Assembly (NCBI GenBank): GCA_020427745.1
Contig: JAGQOC010000076.1
Location: 1 to 55,844 of the forward strand
DNA: 55,844 nt
Direction: 5' to 3'
Origin: Phycisphaerales bacterium
Lineage (GTDB): Bacteria; Planctomycetota; Phycisphaerae; Phycisphaerales; UBA1924
Shown in pieces: positions 7,555 through 15,913 of this stretch. Each line of letters opens with the position of its first letter. Within the stretch, counting starts at the first letter, position 1. A model generated the notes under the pieces. That model saw only the letters and a list, made by a program, of their open reading frames with translations, was not told where the DNA came from and did no database searches. Position numbers and translations under genes: made by a program.

Positions 7555-8943
7555 CTAGTCGCGCCCCCGGTCCTGATCCCGATCACGCGGTTTGCGTTTC
7601 CGGTTTGACTTCTTGAACGCCTCCATCGCCCGCTTGGCTTCATCGAGCGACTGCGGACGGTGCGTCTGATCGGTAGTCATTGAAGCATCGGGTTCTGGCT
7701 TCTCCGCCAGCCGCTGCTTGCCGCGGGTCTTCCACTGCGCCCGCATCTTCGCCGCTTCGCCCGCGCACCGGAACACCAACGCCGACCGCTCGGCTGCAAA
7801 CATGATCCGGGCTTCCCGGAGCGCCTCCTTCGACCGTTCTCGGATGGGCCAGGCGGCGGCGCGTTCTTCAGCCCGCTGCTTCGCGAGGAGCTTCTTTTCT
7901 TGCTTTTCGTGCCGGTCGAGCAGCCATTGCCTGCGTGCGCCCGTCGAGGTCAGCGCGTTGAACGCCTCGCCGATGGTCTTGGCGGGTTCGCCGCCGCCGA
8001 TCAGCGAACGCAGATCCACCGACCGGATCCGGTTCTTGATCCGGCCCAGGAAACGCTTCTCATCGCGGTCGAACGCGCTGAGTTCGGCCTTCTGCTCGTG
8101 GTGCATCTGCAGCCAGTGGGTGCTGGTGTACCTGTCCCGCACCGCCTGCTTTGCCCGGAGTGTGTCCCGCTTCTGACCCTCGCGGATCGCCGCGGAGCGG
8201 TCCCTGGACTTCTTCATCAGGGCCGCCCATTCCCTCGCCTGCCGCTCGCGCATGCGGCGCTGCTGCCGCCCGATGGTGCGGTCTTTCTCACTGAGCTTGC
8301 GGTGGCGCTCGGCCCGACCGGGCCGGTCATCGTTGGCCCGGTGCAGCTCGTAGAGGTGCCGGGGGACATCCTTCTTGCCGCGCACGAAGTCACCGCGCTT
8401 GCGGGCGGCGTTGTTGATCACTCGATTAGGGCATTGGATGGCACCCCGCTCGCGTTCGTACTTCTCAGCGAACTTTGAGAGCTTCAGCTTCTCGTACTTG
8501 CTGTCGAGGAGGCGGCCATCATGCGGGGATGGCCTACAGATGACGATGTGGATATGCGGCTGCTTCGTATCCGCGTGCCCAACAATCAACGCCGGTCGAT
8601 CCCCCGCGCCGAGCGCCTCGATCGCCAGATCCGCCGCCCGCTCCATCTCTTCCTGCGTGAGATCATCCTTCTCGGAGGGATGCCAGGCCATAGTCAGGTG
8701 TTGGACCACTCTTGCAGAACGACGACCGGTTTTCTTCACGCCTGCCTCTTCCTTCAGCCGCTCCGCGTCCATCGAAATCGCCGCCATCACACGGCACGCC
8801 GTCATCCCGTCTCTGGTCGCCAGCCGCCTCGTCGACACGAACGCCACGCGGTCCTCCACCCGCTCATGCTCCTTCGCGGACAGCAGGTACTTGCCGATCC
8901 CCACGAACGAGGTCCCCTTGGCGTGCAGCTTCGGCACCATCAC
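7555..8943 (-). CDS. MobA/VirD2-family conjugative relaxase
   Basis: N-terminal relaxase domain with the histidine triad context LIVGHADTKQPHIHIVI, and a long Arg/Lys-rich coiled C-terminus. Start overlaps the mobC stop. Confidence 0.85.
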   Translation of the reverse strand: MMVPKLHAKGTSFVGIGKYLLSAKEHERVEDRVAFVSTRRLATRDGMTACRVMAAISMDAERLKEEAGVKKTGRRSARVVQHLTMAWHPSEKDDLTQEEMERAADLAIEALGAGDRPALIVGHADTKQPHIHIVICRPSPHDGRLLDSKYEKLKLSKFAEKYERERGAIQCPNRVINNAARKRGDFVRGKKDVPRHLYELHRANDDRPGRAERHRKLSEKDRTIGRQQRRMRERQAREWAALMKKSRDRSAAIREGQKRDTLRAKQAVRDRYTSTHWLQMHHEQKAELSAFDRDEKRFLGRIKNRIRSVDLRSLIGGGEPAKTIGEAFNALTSTGARRQWLLDRHEKQEKKLLAKQRAEERAAAWPIRERSKEALREARIMFAAERSALVFRCAGEAAKMRAQWKTRGKQRLAEKPEPDASMTTDQTHRPQSLDEAKRAMEAFKKSNRKRKPRDRDQDRGRD

Positions 8944-9326
8944 CCGTCCCCCACCATGATCTCGGCACCCGGCACAATATCATCTGCATCGCTCATCTCC
9001 GACACCACCATCGCCAGCACCATCTGCAGCTCCTCCATCGTCTCGTCGATGCTCACCCGCTCGGGCCGGTCGCAGTTCAGCCTGAGTGCGATCTGATTGA
9101 TGTTCACGCCCACCCTGTTGATGGCGGTCACCAGCTCGGGGTTCACCGAACGCCGCCGCGGCCCCGCCGGCACCTGGTACCCGCACGCGCGACGCCGCAG
9201 GAACTCCGACACCGTGATCCCCGCCTCCCGGGCAACCTCCTGCACATACGCCTGCTCCGCGAGCGTGACGCGCGTCTGCATCACCTCGGTGCGGTTCTCG
9301 TGCTCGGTCGGGTCGGGGCGGTTCAT
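8940..9326 (-). CDS. mobC: MobC-type relaxosome accessory protein (128 aa from the internal ATG)
   Basis: RHH-like N-terminus (TRVTLAEQAYVQEVAREAGITVSEFLRR) and the MobC signature INRVGVNINQIALRLN. The longer 9572-start version has an Arg/Gly/Pro-rich junk N-terminus. Confidence 0.7.
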   Translation of the reverse strand: MNRPDPTEHENRTEVMQTRVTLAEQAYVQEVAREAGITVSEFLRRRACGYQVPAGPRRRSVNPELVTAINRVGVNINQIALRLNCDRPERVSIDETMEELQMVLAMVVSEMSDADDIVPGAEIMVGDG

Positions 9327-9882
9327 CGGGTCGGTCTTCTTGATTCTCTCCAGAGCCGGGGTCCAAACCCCAGTCGTTGCTTGTGTGGAACGCCCCGGCG
9401 CTCCTTGTCCTGCGCAGGGCACGCCCCGCGTCCGATGGCCCCGGAGAGCGGGATCTCCGGGTCGTGGTGCACCGGCGAACACGGTGCACGGCACCCCGCG
9501 ACCCCCAATGGGGAGCGGGTGCCGATGGCCGCATCCCCAAGGATCGGCCGCCTCACCACCGACCGCGGCCAAGCGGTCACGGTGGTGCAGGCGAGACGCA
9601 CGCCGCCCATCGAGCCCCGGGCGAGATGGGTTCAGTGCGTCTCCAACGGCTCCAGGGCCACGACCCTGGCCAGACCCCGGAGGGGCCGCGGAGCGGTAGG
9701 ATATGTACTACATATCCACATCTGGCTGCTGTCGTTCCTGTCGTTCGACTGCACACTAACGCCCACCACCGCCGGTTGCAACCCAGAAGCTCAAAACATG
9801 AGCCAAATATGCGGAGAGGATCGGTGCAAGCGTGGGTCACCGGGGGTCCGGGGGTGCACCGGGCTGCATCCGATCGCATGCG
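9327..9882. promoter_or_regulatory. Candidate oriT / mobC promoter region (556 bp non-coding)
   Basis: Lies directly upstream of mobC-relaxase. Contains IR GTGCACCG-N7-CGGTGCAC (~9468-9490), the nested hairpin GAGACGCAC...GTGCGTCTC (9594-9644), and the AT-rich perfect palindrome GGATATGTA-C-TACATATCC (9699-9717). Confidence 0.4.
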
Positions 9883-10563
9883 TCAGTTGAGGTGGATCGA
9901 TGCGCTCGGTGCGTGCAGGTGGCAGGTGATGCCGGGCGTGGTGACCCGCTGCTGTGTGCCGGCGCTCCACCGCACCGCGGGCAGGCGGTACTGCCGGGGG
10001 TCCTCGAACTCGATGAACGGCATCTGCACCGAGAGCAGGGTCATCGGGTGATCCGCCGTGCTGAAGGTGTGCAGCAGCCCCCGGCGGAAGACGAAGACAT
10101 CGCGGCTGCGGGCGGCGATGGTCTGGACGCCCGAGCCGTCGAACTCGGTGACAGACTGGGCGGTCCAGTGGAAGAAGCCTCGGCCCTCCATCACCACGAT
10201 GAACCGATCCGAGGGGTGCAGATGGAGGGGAAGCTCACGGGCCTCACGAAGCCACCGGAGCTTGGCGATCCCGGCGGTGACGACCGGGTCGTCGAGCAGG
10301 GCCGGGCAGTCCCAGACCGCCCCACCGACGCGGTCGCTGCCCTCGAAGGGGAACACCGGCTCGATCGGGTGGGCGGTCTCGATCCGGGAGACCAGCTCGC
10401 CGAACGAGACCCCGGGGCCGGTGCCCCGCACGCGCCCGAGGGAGAGCTGTGAGGCAGACCGGGTGAGCGAATCCAGCGAAGAAGACGCCAGATCGAGCAG
10501 CGTGACTATCGCGGATCTGGCGGCAAGAGAGCGGTCTTCGGCGCTGATTGGGAGAGCAGACAT
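9883..10563 (-). CDS. Cupin-domain protein (226 aa)
   Basis: Start at ATG 10563, preceded by GGAGG. Cupin motif context LPLHLHPSDRFIVVMEGRGFFHW and later VFVFRRGLLHTF. Divergent from an XRE regulator gene. Confidence 0.6.
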   Translation of the reverse strand: MSALPISAEDRSLAARSAIVTLLDLASSSLDSLTRSASQLSLGRVRGTGPGVSFGELVSRIETAHPIEPVFPFEGSDRVGGAVWDCPALLDDPVVTAGIAKLRWLREARELPLHLHPSDRFIVVMEGRGFFHWTAQSVTEFDGSGVQTIAARSRDVFVFRRGLLHTFSTADHPMTLLSVQMPFIEFEDPRQYRLPAVRWSAGTQQRVTTPGITCHLHAPSASIHLN

Positions 10564-10631
10564 TGCGGAGCCTCCGTCGTGCTTGTTCCGATACTGGGTG
10601 CAAACTCGTCTTACTCTACCTTGCACCCGAT

Positions 10632-10868
10632 ATGGGAACAAGGCCGCAGCACAAACCAAAGTACAAAAAACTTTGCAGAACGCTTTTGAAGCTCAGAATC
10701 GATGCCGGATTGTCGCAGCGAGCCCTCGGGGAGACAATCGGTATTCACTACACGATGGTCTTCAAGATCGAGCACGGGGAGCGTCGCATCGACCCAGTCG
10801 AGTTTGCTCAATGGTGCCGAGGGTGCGGGGCTGATCCATCAGAGATCATCAAGAAGGTTGGGCTCTAA
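10632..10868 (+). CDS. XRE-family helix-turn-helix transcriptional regulator (78 aa)
   Basis: LRIDAGLSQRALGETIGIHYTMVFKIEHGERRI is a classic HTH_XRE. The upstream extension from 10548 overlaps the cupin gene start and was not used. Confidence 0.75.
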   Translation: MGTRPQHKPKYKKLCRTLLKLRIDAGLSQRALGETIGIHYTMVFKIEHGERRIDPVEFAQWCRGCGADPSEIIKKVGL

Positions 10869-10928
10869 GCAACCGAACAACTACGGGCGCGTGTTGACAC
10901 CGATCTGGATCCGTGCCAATCAGAATGG

Positions 10929-11513
10929 ATGACTGACCCAAATCCGGATTTCAGACGCCTGCAACTCAATGCCATCCTGAGCGAGTACAACGCCCTTTAC
11001 AAACTGGCCGAGTACCGACTAAACGCACTCGATCGGAGGATCCCGGCAATCAGCGGGCTTCTGGCCGCGTTCATGGGTTCCGTCCCTGTGCTCCCAGAAG
11101 AATCACAGCTGCTCGCGCTCATCGCGGTTCCGGTCTCACTCATCTGGCTGGTCCGCACGACCACCAATCACGCGAGATCCTTTGAAGATGCCCTGCGAGC
11201 GATTGAGTGGCACGAGCATCAAATGAATGCACTGTTGGGCCGAGATGTCATCGGGTTCCAATCCCGCCATCCCAGCAAAGGTCGATCAGTCGGCGGACGC
11301 ACCGGCACGGAGTCGGTCTATGCGGTCTCCACTGCGGCGTGCCTGATACTGGCTCTGAGTGCATACATCGCCTACTCGCATATCGGGATCGTTGGATATC
11401 CGCTCCTCGCGTACGCACTTTTCTTCCTCCTCGTGTTTGGGCTGGTCGTGCGCACAATCCAGGTCTGGCGTATCTACCGGTTTCCGGCGGATACGCATAA
11501 GACAGAACGCTAG
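10929..11513 (+). CDS. Hypothetical membrane protein
   Basis: Several hydrophobic helices (ISGLLAAFMGSVPVL; LLALIAVPVSLIWLV; ACLILALSAYIAY; LLAYALFFLLVFGLVV). The stop abuts the stop of the convergent gene (TAGCTA). Confidence 0.55.
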   Translation: MTDPNPDFRRLQLNAILSEYNALYKLAEYRLNALDRRIPAISGLLAAFMGSVPVLPEESQLLALIAVPVSLIWLVRTTTNHARSFEDALRAIEWHEHQMNALLGRDVIGFQSRHPSKGRSVGGRTGTESVYAVSTAACLILALSAYIAYSHIGIVGYPLLAYALFFLLVFGLVVRTIQVWRIYRFPADTHKTER

Positions 11514-12080
11514 CTACTCCTCGGAATCTTCTTCAGATCGGAGAACATTCATCGCATCGGGTCCGTGACGGACCTCGAGGTGAATCGCCGCGATCCGGTC
11601 CATGATCATCCCAAGTTCGACCGCAGACAACTCGCTGTCCTCTGATCGGTTTCCCCGGATTCGATCGAAGATATCCTTGACGAGCCCCTGAGCAGCATCC
11701 TCACGCGATCCGCCTTTCAAGAAACCCTCCATAAAGGACTCGTCGAGGGTCCACATGAACCACCAGACAAACCGGACCATTGTCCGGAGGAAGTCATCGA
11801 TCAGGAACTCATCATGGTTCTCATCGACCCCGTTGAACTCAGTGAATGGCGGATTTCCCACCCGCCAGTCTTCGAGCATTGCCTCCATCCGGAACATCAC
11901 CGAACGAACAGCCTCAAACGAAACCCCGTCCCGGTTCCCGATAGCAAGCGTGGTCATGACCAGATGATCGGCCATCGCGTCCGGTACCGCCTCATCCGGT
12001 ACACCCGCGTCACGGAACATCTCCACAGTCTTTTTCAGAACATCAAGTGCTTTCTCGTGATTCTCTTGCTCGCTCGACAT
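11514..12080 (-). CDS. Hypothetical acidic protein (188 aa)
   Basis: Clean ORF rich in Asp/Glu throughout. No recognised motif. Last gene of the minus-strand small-gene array. Confidence 0.55.
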   Translation of the reverse strand: MSSEQENHEKALDVLKKTVEMFRDAGVPDEAVPDAMADHLVMTTLAIGNRDGVSFEAVRSVMFRMEAMLEDWRVGNPPFTEFNGVDENHDEFLIDDFLRTMVRFVWWFMWTLDESFMEGFLKGGSREDAAQGLVKDIFDRIRGNRSEDSELSAVELGMIMDRIAAIHLEVRHGPDAMNVLRSEEDSEE

Positions 12081-12154
12081 AGTTGCTCCACATGACAGAT
12101 GATGATCCCGTCGCCGGGATCATCATCTTGGGAGTAAAGACAAATTGCAAGCAA

Positions 12155-12556
12155 TCAGTGCTCCGACGGCAGGTACAGCGTCCAGTGCTCACCATCGAAC
12201 GCCGCCCAGATGTCTATCCAGTCGAGCGGGAAGTCCGTGTATGGGATCTCCTTGCAGTAGAACGGCTCCACATCACTGTCGGCCCGAGCCGTCAGGATGG
12301 CGGAGCCGTCTTTCGTATCCAGTCGCCAGAAGTGGAGCTCCAGGATGCGGGGATCGGCCCTTCCCGCGTGCTGCACGGGGTTTCCCGAGATCGCGAAGGC
12401 GAGTTCGTCGATGAGCCAGTACGCGCCGGCTTGCTCCGCGACATGCTTGATGCCCGGCGTGTAGATCACGCTCCGCGCAACCCAGTGCCGGTACCGGTCG
12501 AGATCGCCTGTGAACTGCCGGAGCTCGTCGTGGGTGAGTGGTTTCTGATTGGTCAT
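12155..12556 (-). CDS. DUF6876-like protein (plasmid/ICE-associated)
   Basis: LRQFTGDLDRYRHW...YTPGIKHVAEQAGAYWLIDELAF matches my recollection of the DUF6876 N-terminal pattern seen on conjugative elements. Not searched. Confidence 0.55.
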   Translation of the reverse strand: MTNQKPLTHDELRQFTGDLDRYRHWVARSVIYTPGIKHVAEQAGAYWLIDELAFAISGNPVQHAGRADPRILELHFWRLDTKDGSAILTARADSDVEPFYCKEIPYTDFPLDWIDIWAAFDGEHWTLYLPSEH

Positions 12557-12730
12557 GATGGGACTCCTCGTGCAATGTGTTCTGGGGCCGGGCGACCGTC
12601 GCCTTTGTCCCTCACCCGAGGACGGGGCAAAGCGACGCAGCGCACGGGACCGGGTTGGTCACGAGGAAACCCGTCTGTGATCGATCGGCACACCCCCCAC
12701 CGCTCCGATGGCGAATGAGCGATTACTCGA

Positions 12731-13162
12731 TCAGTCCGTGAACAGTCCGAGCTGCTCCTCCTCGCCCGCGATGAACACCGCCGGCGGGCCGACGAGGATG
12801 TAGTCGCGTCCGCCCTGCGTCACCCGCACGCCGCGGTAGAACCCGAACAAATCGGCCCGTGCGGCATCACCATCGCGTGTCTTCTCGGCGTAGGTCGTCG
12901 TCTCACCGGCAAACCGCTCGGCTTCGACAAGCCGGTACGCCTTGGCGCACTCGAACGGATGGTTGCTCATCCCGACACACGCCCAGAGGACGCCCTGGTG
13001 GACGAAAGGCCTGCGGACGCGGCCGTGCACCGCGATCAGGTCCGCGGAGTACGACGCGGCGATGTCGCCCTCGCCGATGGTCTTGCTGTGCTTGTCGGAC
13101 CAGACGCCGTGGTGCAGGCGGTCGGGATCGACGGTGATTGTGGTGATAGGTCTGGCGGACAT
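12731..13162 (-). CDS. Hypothetical protein (143 aa)
   Basis: Internal ATG at 13162 preceded by GGAAGGAG. The upstream part of the 13276-start ORF is Gly/Pro/Arg junk. Confidence 0.55.
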   Translation of the reverse strand: MSARPITTITVDPDRLHHGVWSDKHSKTIGEGDIAASYSADLIAVHGRVRRPFVHQGVLWACVGMSNHPFECAKAYRLVEAERFAGETTTYAEKTRDGDAARADLFGFYRGVRVTQGGRDYILVGPPAVFIAGEEEQLGLFTD

Positions 13163-13320
13163 TGGTTGCTCCTTCCGGTTGGTTGCGGAGCACCGGCGAC
13201 CGTGCGGGTGCCCCTCACCAGAGCAGTGGGCACCCGCTCGCAGCGGCGGTGCGGGCCACGGTCCGGGAGCAGCCATGAATCGCCCGGCACCGCCGGAGCG
13301 GGCCGGGCGAAACGGGTTGG

Positions 13321-13581
13321 CTACGGAGAGTCCTCCTCGTACGAGAGCATCTGCTCGTACGCCCAGGCGGCCAGCTTCTCGATGATCGGCAGGTCGCCCA
13401 GCCGGAACTGGTGTGGTTGCAGGACCGTGTGATCCGCCTCCCGGTGGATCTCCAGGGCATGCTCGGAGATCCAGAGCCCGTGGCGCTCGTCCCGGTACGC
13501 CGCGACCAGAAGGATCGTTGCCTCAAGACCACCAAGGCGGAGCTGGTCGATGACAATACGGGATTCGTTGGATGTGGGCAT
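13321..13581 (-). CDS. Hypothetical protein (86 aa)
   Basis: ATG at 13581 with GAGGAA upstream. The upstream extension is Arg/Pro junk. Confidence 0.5.
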   Translation of the reverse strand: MPTSNESRIVIDQLRLGGLEATILLVAAYRDERHGLWISEHALEIHREADHTVLQPHQFRLGDLPIIEKLAAWAYEQMLSYEEDSP

Positions 13582-13648
13582 GATGTGTTCCTCTATGTTG
13601 AAGGCCCGGCACCCGCGTTGGCGGGCACCGGGCGGTTGGTGTGATGGG

Positions 13649-13915
13649 TTAGGATTCGCTGGCACCCGCCTGCTTCTTGTCCGCCTGCATCGCGGCCAGG
13701 ACCTCGTCGTAGGCCTTCTGGGCCAGACGCGACACACGCAGCAGCTCGTTGCCGCTGAAGGAGTCGCTGTCCTTGAGGTTGCCCTGCTCGTCCTGGTACA
13801 CCCGGCTGAGGTTCACGCTGTAGCGGAAGCCACGCTGTGTCGGGTTCTTCCAGATGGTCGCAGCAATCGAGCCATCGCGGAGGGTGGTGAACGGTTTGTT
13901 TGTTGAGTTGTTCAT
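13649..13915 (-). CDS. Hypothetical small protein (88 aa), possibly a PC4/YdbC-like nucleic-acid binder
   Basis: ATG at 13915 with AAAGGAA upstream. The pattern LRDGSIAATIWKN...GFRYSVNLSRVYQDEQGNLKDSDSF resembles small plasmid-borne ssDNA-binding-like proteins. Weak recollection only. Confidence 0.45.
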   Translation of the reverse strand: MNNSTNKPFTTLRDGSIAATIWKNPTQRGFRYSVNLSRVYQDEQGNLKDSDSFSGNELLRVSRLAQKAYDEVLAAMQADKKQAGASES

Positions 13916-14157
13916 CGGTCGGTTCCTTTCTGTTTGAGTGTTTCCGATGCCCCGGAACACGCACGGTGCAAGGGAGCGTGGCAAGCAGAACTGCGGAGGG
14001 TCCGCCGAGCGTCAGCGCGGGCGGAAACCGTCGTTGTGCTTGACACGGGAGTGGCCGTGCGAAGGTGGCATCAGGAGGGAACACACACAGAAAGGGGCTG
14101 CGGACGAGCTCAACCAGAACAGCCTGACAACCGGCGGCGGGGATGGCATGACAGGGT

Positions 14158-14328
14158 ATGGAGAAAATCAAACGCAGCGTGGGGTCACTCGAGACGAGGA
14201 CCCGGTGTCACCCGTTCTCCGAGTGGTACATCGAGACGATCACGAAACACCGGTGGGAAAGCAGCCTGCCCGAGCCGGAGGACTGGCAATCGCACAACGA
14301 GGCCGTGCTCGATCTGCGGACAAAGTGA
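14158..14328 (+). CDS. Small ORF (56 aa) absent from the supplied ORF track
   Basis: Translates to MEKIKRSVGSLETRTRCHPFSEWYIETITKHRWESSLPEPEDWQSHNEAVLDLRTK. Strong G/C preference at codon third positions. Same direction as ardC downstream. Confidence 0.45.
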   Translation: MEKIKRSVGSLETRTRCHPFSEWYIETITKHRWESSLPEPEDWQSHNEAVLDLRTK

Positions 14329-14495
14329 ACAAGCAGGTCCTGACGCACGCCCCGCGCGTGATCGCCGGATCGGTTCAGGAGGTTCTCAATAAAGAACTCC
14401 ACGAGGAACCAGAGAGCCTCGCTTACCTGATCGCGTTTCTGGGGTTCGTCCTCAACCGCAGCCTCCGGCGTGACGGGCAGGATCCGCACGCCTGA
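14325..14495 (+). CDS. Small ORF (56 aa) coupled to the previous one by a GTGA overlap
   Basis: GTG 14325 overlaps TGA 14326-14328. Translates to VNKQVLTHAPRVIAGSVQEVLNKELHEEPESLAYLIAFLGFVLNRSLRRDGQDPHA. The antisense ORF 14208..14540 is a competing reading. Confidence 0.35.
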   Translation: MNKQVLTHAPRVIAGSVQEVLNKELHEEPESLAYLIAFLGFVLNRSLRRDGQDPHA

Positions 14496-14612
14496 TCCGT
14501 TCACGGTACCGGGCGGGCTTCGCGGAACACACATACGCATGACAAGGCCTTGACCGAAACGCTCCCCCTGTGCCAGCTTGCCCGTTCAGATCAACGAAGC
14601 GGGGCAGCACGC

Positions 14613-15530
14613 ATGGCACTCGATATCTACCGGGCGGTCACCAACCGCATCCTCGAACTCCTCGACCAGGAGCTCGTCCCCTGGCGTCAGCCGATCCGTG
14701 TCGCGGGCGGCGGGATGCCGAGCAATCTGGTCACGAAGATGCCCTACCGCGGGGTCAATGTGTTTCTGCTGGGCATGACGGCGTGGGCCGAGGGCTACGG
14801 CTCATCCCACTGGTTGACCTTCCGGCAGGCCCGCGAACGCGGAGGGTATGTCCGGCAGGGAGAGAGGGGGTCATTGGTGATCTTCTGGAAGCAGCACGCG
14901 ACGACGGACAGAGAAACAAACGAGCCGGTGAACATCCCCGTATTGCGTCACTACCGGGTGTTCAACACGGACCAATGCGAGGGGCTCAGCAAGGAGGCAG
15001 AAGAACCCGAAACAATGAAGCCCTTCGAACCAATCACCGAGGCGAAATCGATCGTCGAGGGCTACAAAGCCCCCCCGGACATCAAGCACGGGGGGCATAG
15101 GGCGTTCTACCGGCCATCAGACGATCTGATCCGTGTCCCGGAGCCCGAGCGGTTTGTGAACTCGGAATCGTACTACGCGACGCTCTTTCACGAGCTGGCG
15201 CACTCGACCGGGCACCGTTCGAGATTGGATCGTGGCCTGGAGCATGCGGGCCGCACCCTCGCCGATGACGCGTACTCCAAGGAAGAGCTGATCGCGGAGA
15301 TGGGCGCGGCGTTCCTCGCGGCGGCCGCCGGGATCAGCCCGCCGACCATCGAGCAGTCCGCGTCCTACATCGAGAACTGGAGCAGGCGTCTTCGCGGGGA
15401 CAAGAAGCTGGTTGTGCAGGCGGCGGGCGCGGGGCAGCGGGCGGCCGACTGGATACTGGGCCAGCACGGGCATACCGAAGCAATCAGGGACATCGCATCG
15501 CCCGTACCTTCTACCAGAGTCCACGACTGA
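14613..15530 (+). CDS. ardC: ArdC-like antirestriction protein (N-terminal ssDNA-binding domain plus zincin metalloprotease domain)
   Basis: N-terminal pattern PWRQP...YRGVNVFLL...WLTFRQARERGGYVRQGERG, and the C-terminal metallopeptidase motif LFHELAHSTGH. Confidence 0.85.
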   Translation: MALDIYRAVTNRILELLDQELVPWRQPIRVAGGGMPSNLVTKMPYRGVNVFLLGMTAWAEGYGSSHWLTFRQARERGGYVRQGERGSLVIFWKQHATTDRETNEPVNIPVLRHYRVFNTDQCEGLSKEAEEPETMKPFEPITEAKSIVEGYKAPPDIKHGGHRAFYRPSDDLIRVPEPERFVNSESYYATLFHELAHSTGHRSRLDRGLEHAGRTLADDAYSKEELIAEMGAAFLAAAAGISPPTIEQSASYIENWSRRLRGDKKLVVQAAGAGQRAADWILGQHGHTEAIRDIASPVPSTRVHD

Positions 15531-15913
15531 TCGGGCGGGACCCTCCCCGAGACTCTACGAGAAACGGATGGAGAGAATACAGACACACCTGCGCTTCAGG
15601 GGTTGGGTTCGGCGGCCGTGTTCGTGACCGCGATACTGGTTGCTTGGGAGCGGGCACATCGTGCAGATGCGCGACGGACTCACTGAAACAGCTATCGCCT
15701 GAAGACGAGCCTGCACACATGTGTGTATTCACTGTCTTGTTGACACAGATATATGTTCATAATACTTCGAGGTTATTGATGTTCGAAGAAGTTGAGAAAT
15801 GCAACAAGTCTGAAGGATCCGATCTGATCGAACTCACGAACCTTTGTCGGTAACGATCCGTCTCTGCATCAGGATTCCTTGTCATTCTTGAACTGCCCAC
15901 GAAGGAGCACTCA

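Noticed and set aside
9468-9490. Shared half-site CGGTGCAC between the oriT-region inverted repeat and the palindrome at 28045-28060, and the shared 11-mer GGTAGGATATG at 9697 and 33291, as evidence for common protein-binding sites.
   Set aside because: Exact 8-11-mer coincidences are expected by chance many times in a 56-kb GC-rich window. There is no additional supporting context.
14208-14540. Minus-strand 110-aa ORF between the small-gene array and ardC.
   Set aside because: Its C-terminal third (RRSSTASLCDCQSSGSGRLLSHRCFVIV...) looks non-protein-like and shares third codon positions with the better plus-strand 56-aa ORF. It cannot be fully excluded for 14329-14495.
15700-15913. Sigma-70 promoter call in the AT-rich stretch upstream of the dockerin protein (TTGACA at ~15739).
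   Set aside because: No acceptable -10 hexamer lies at 16-18 nt spacing, and the CATAAT/TAATAC candidates are mis-spaced. I left it unannotated.
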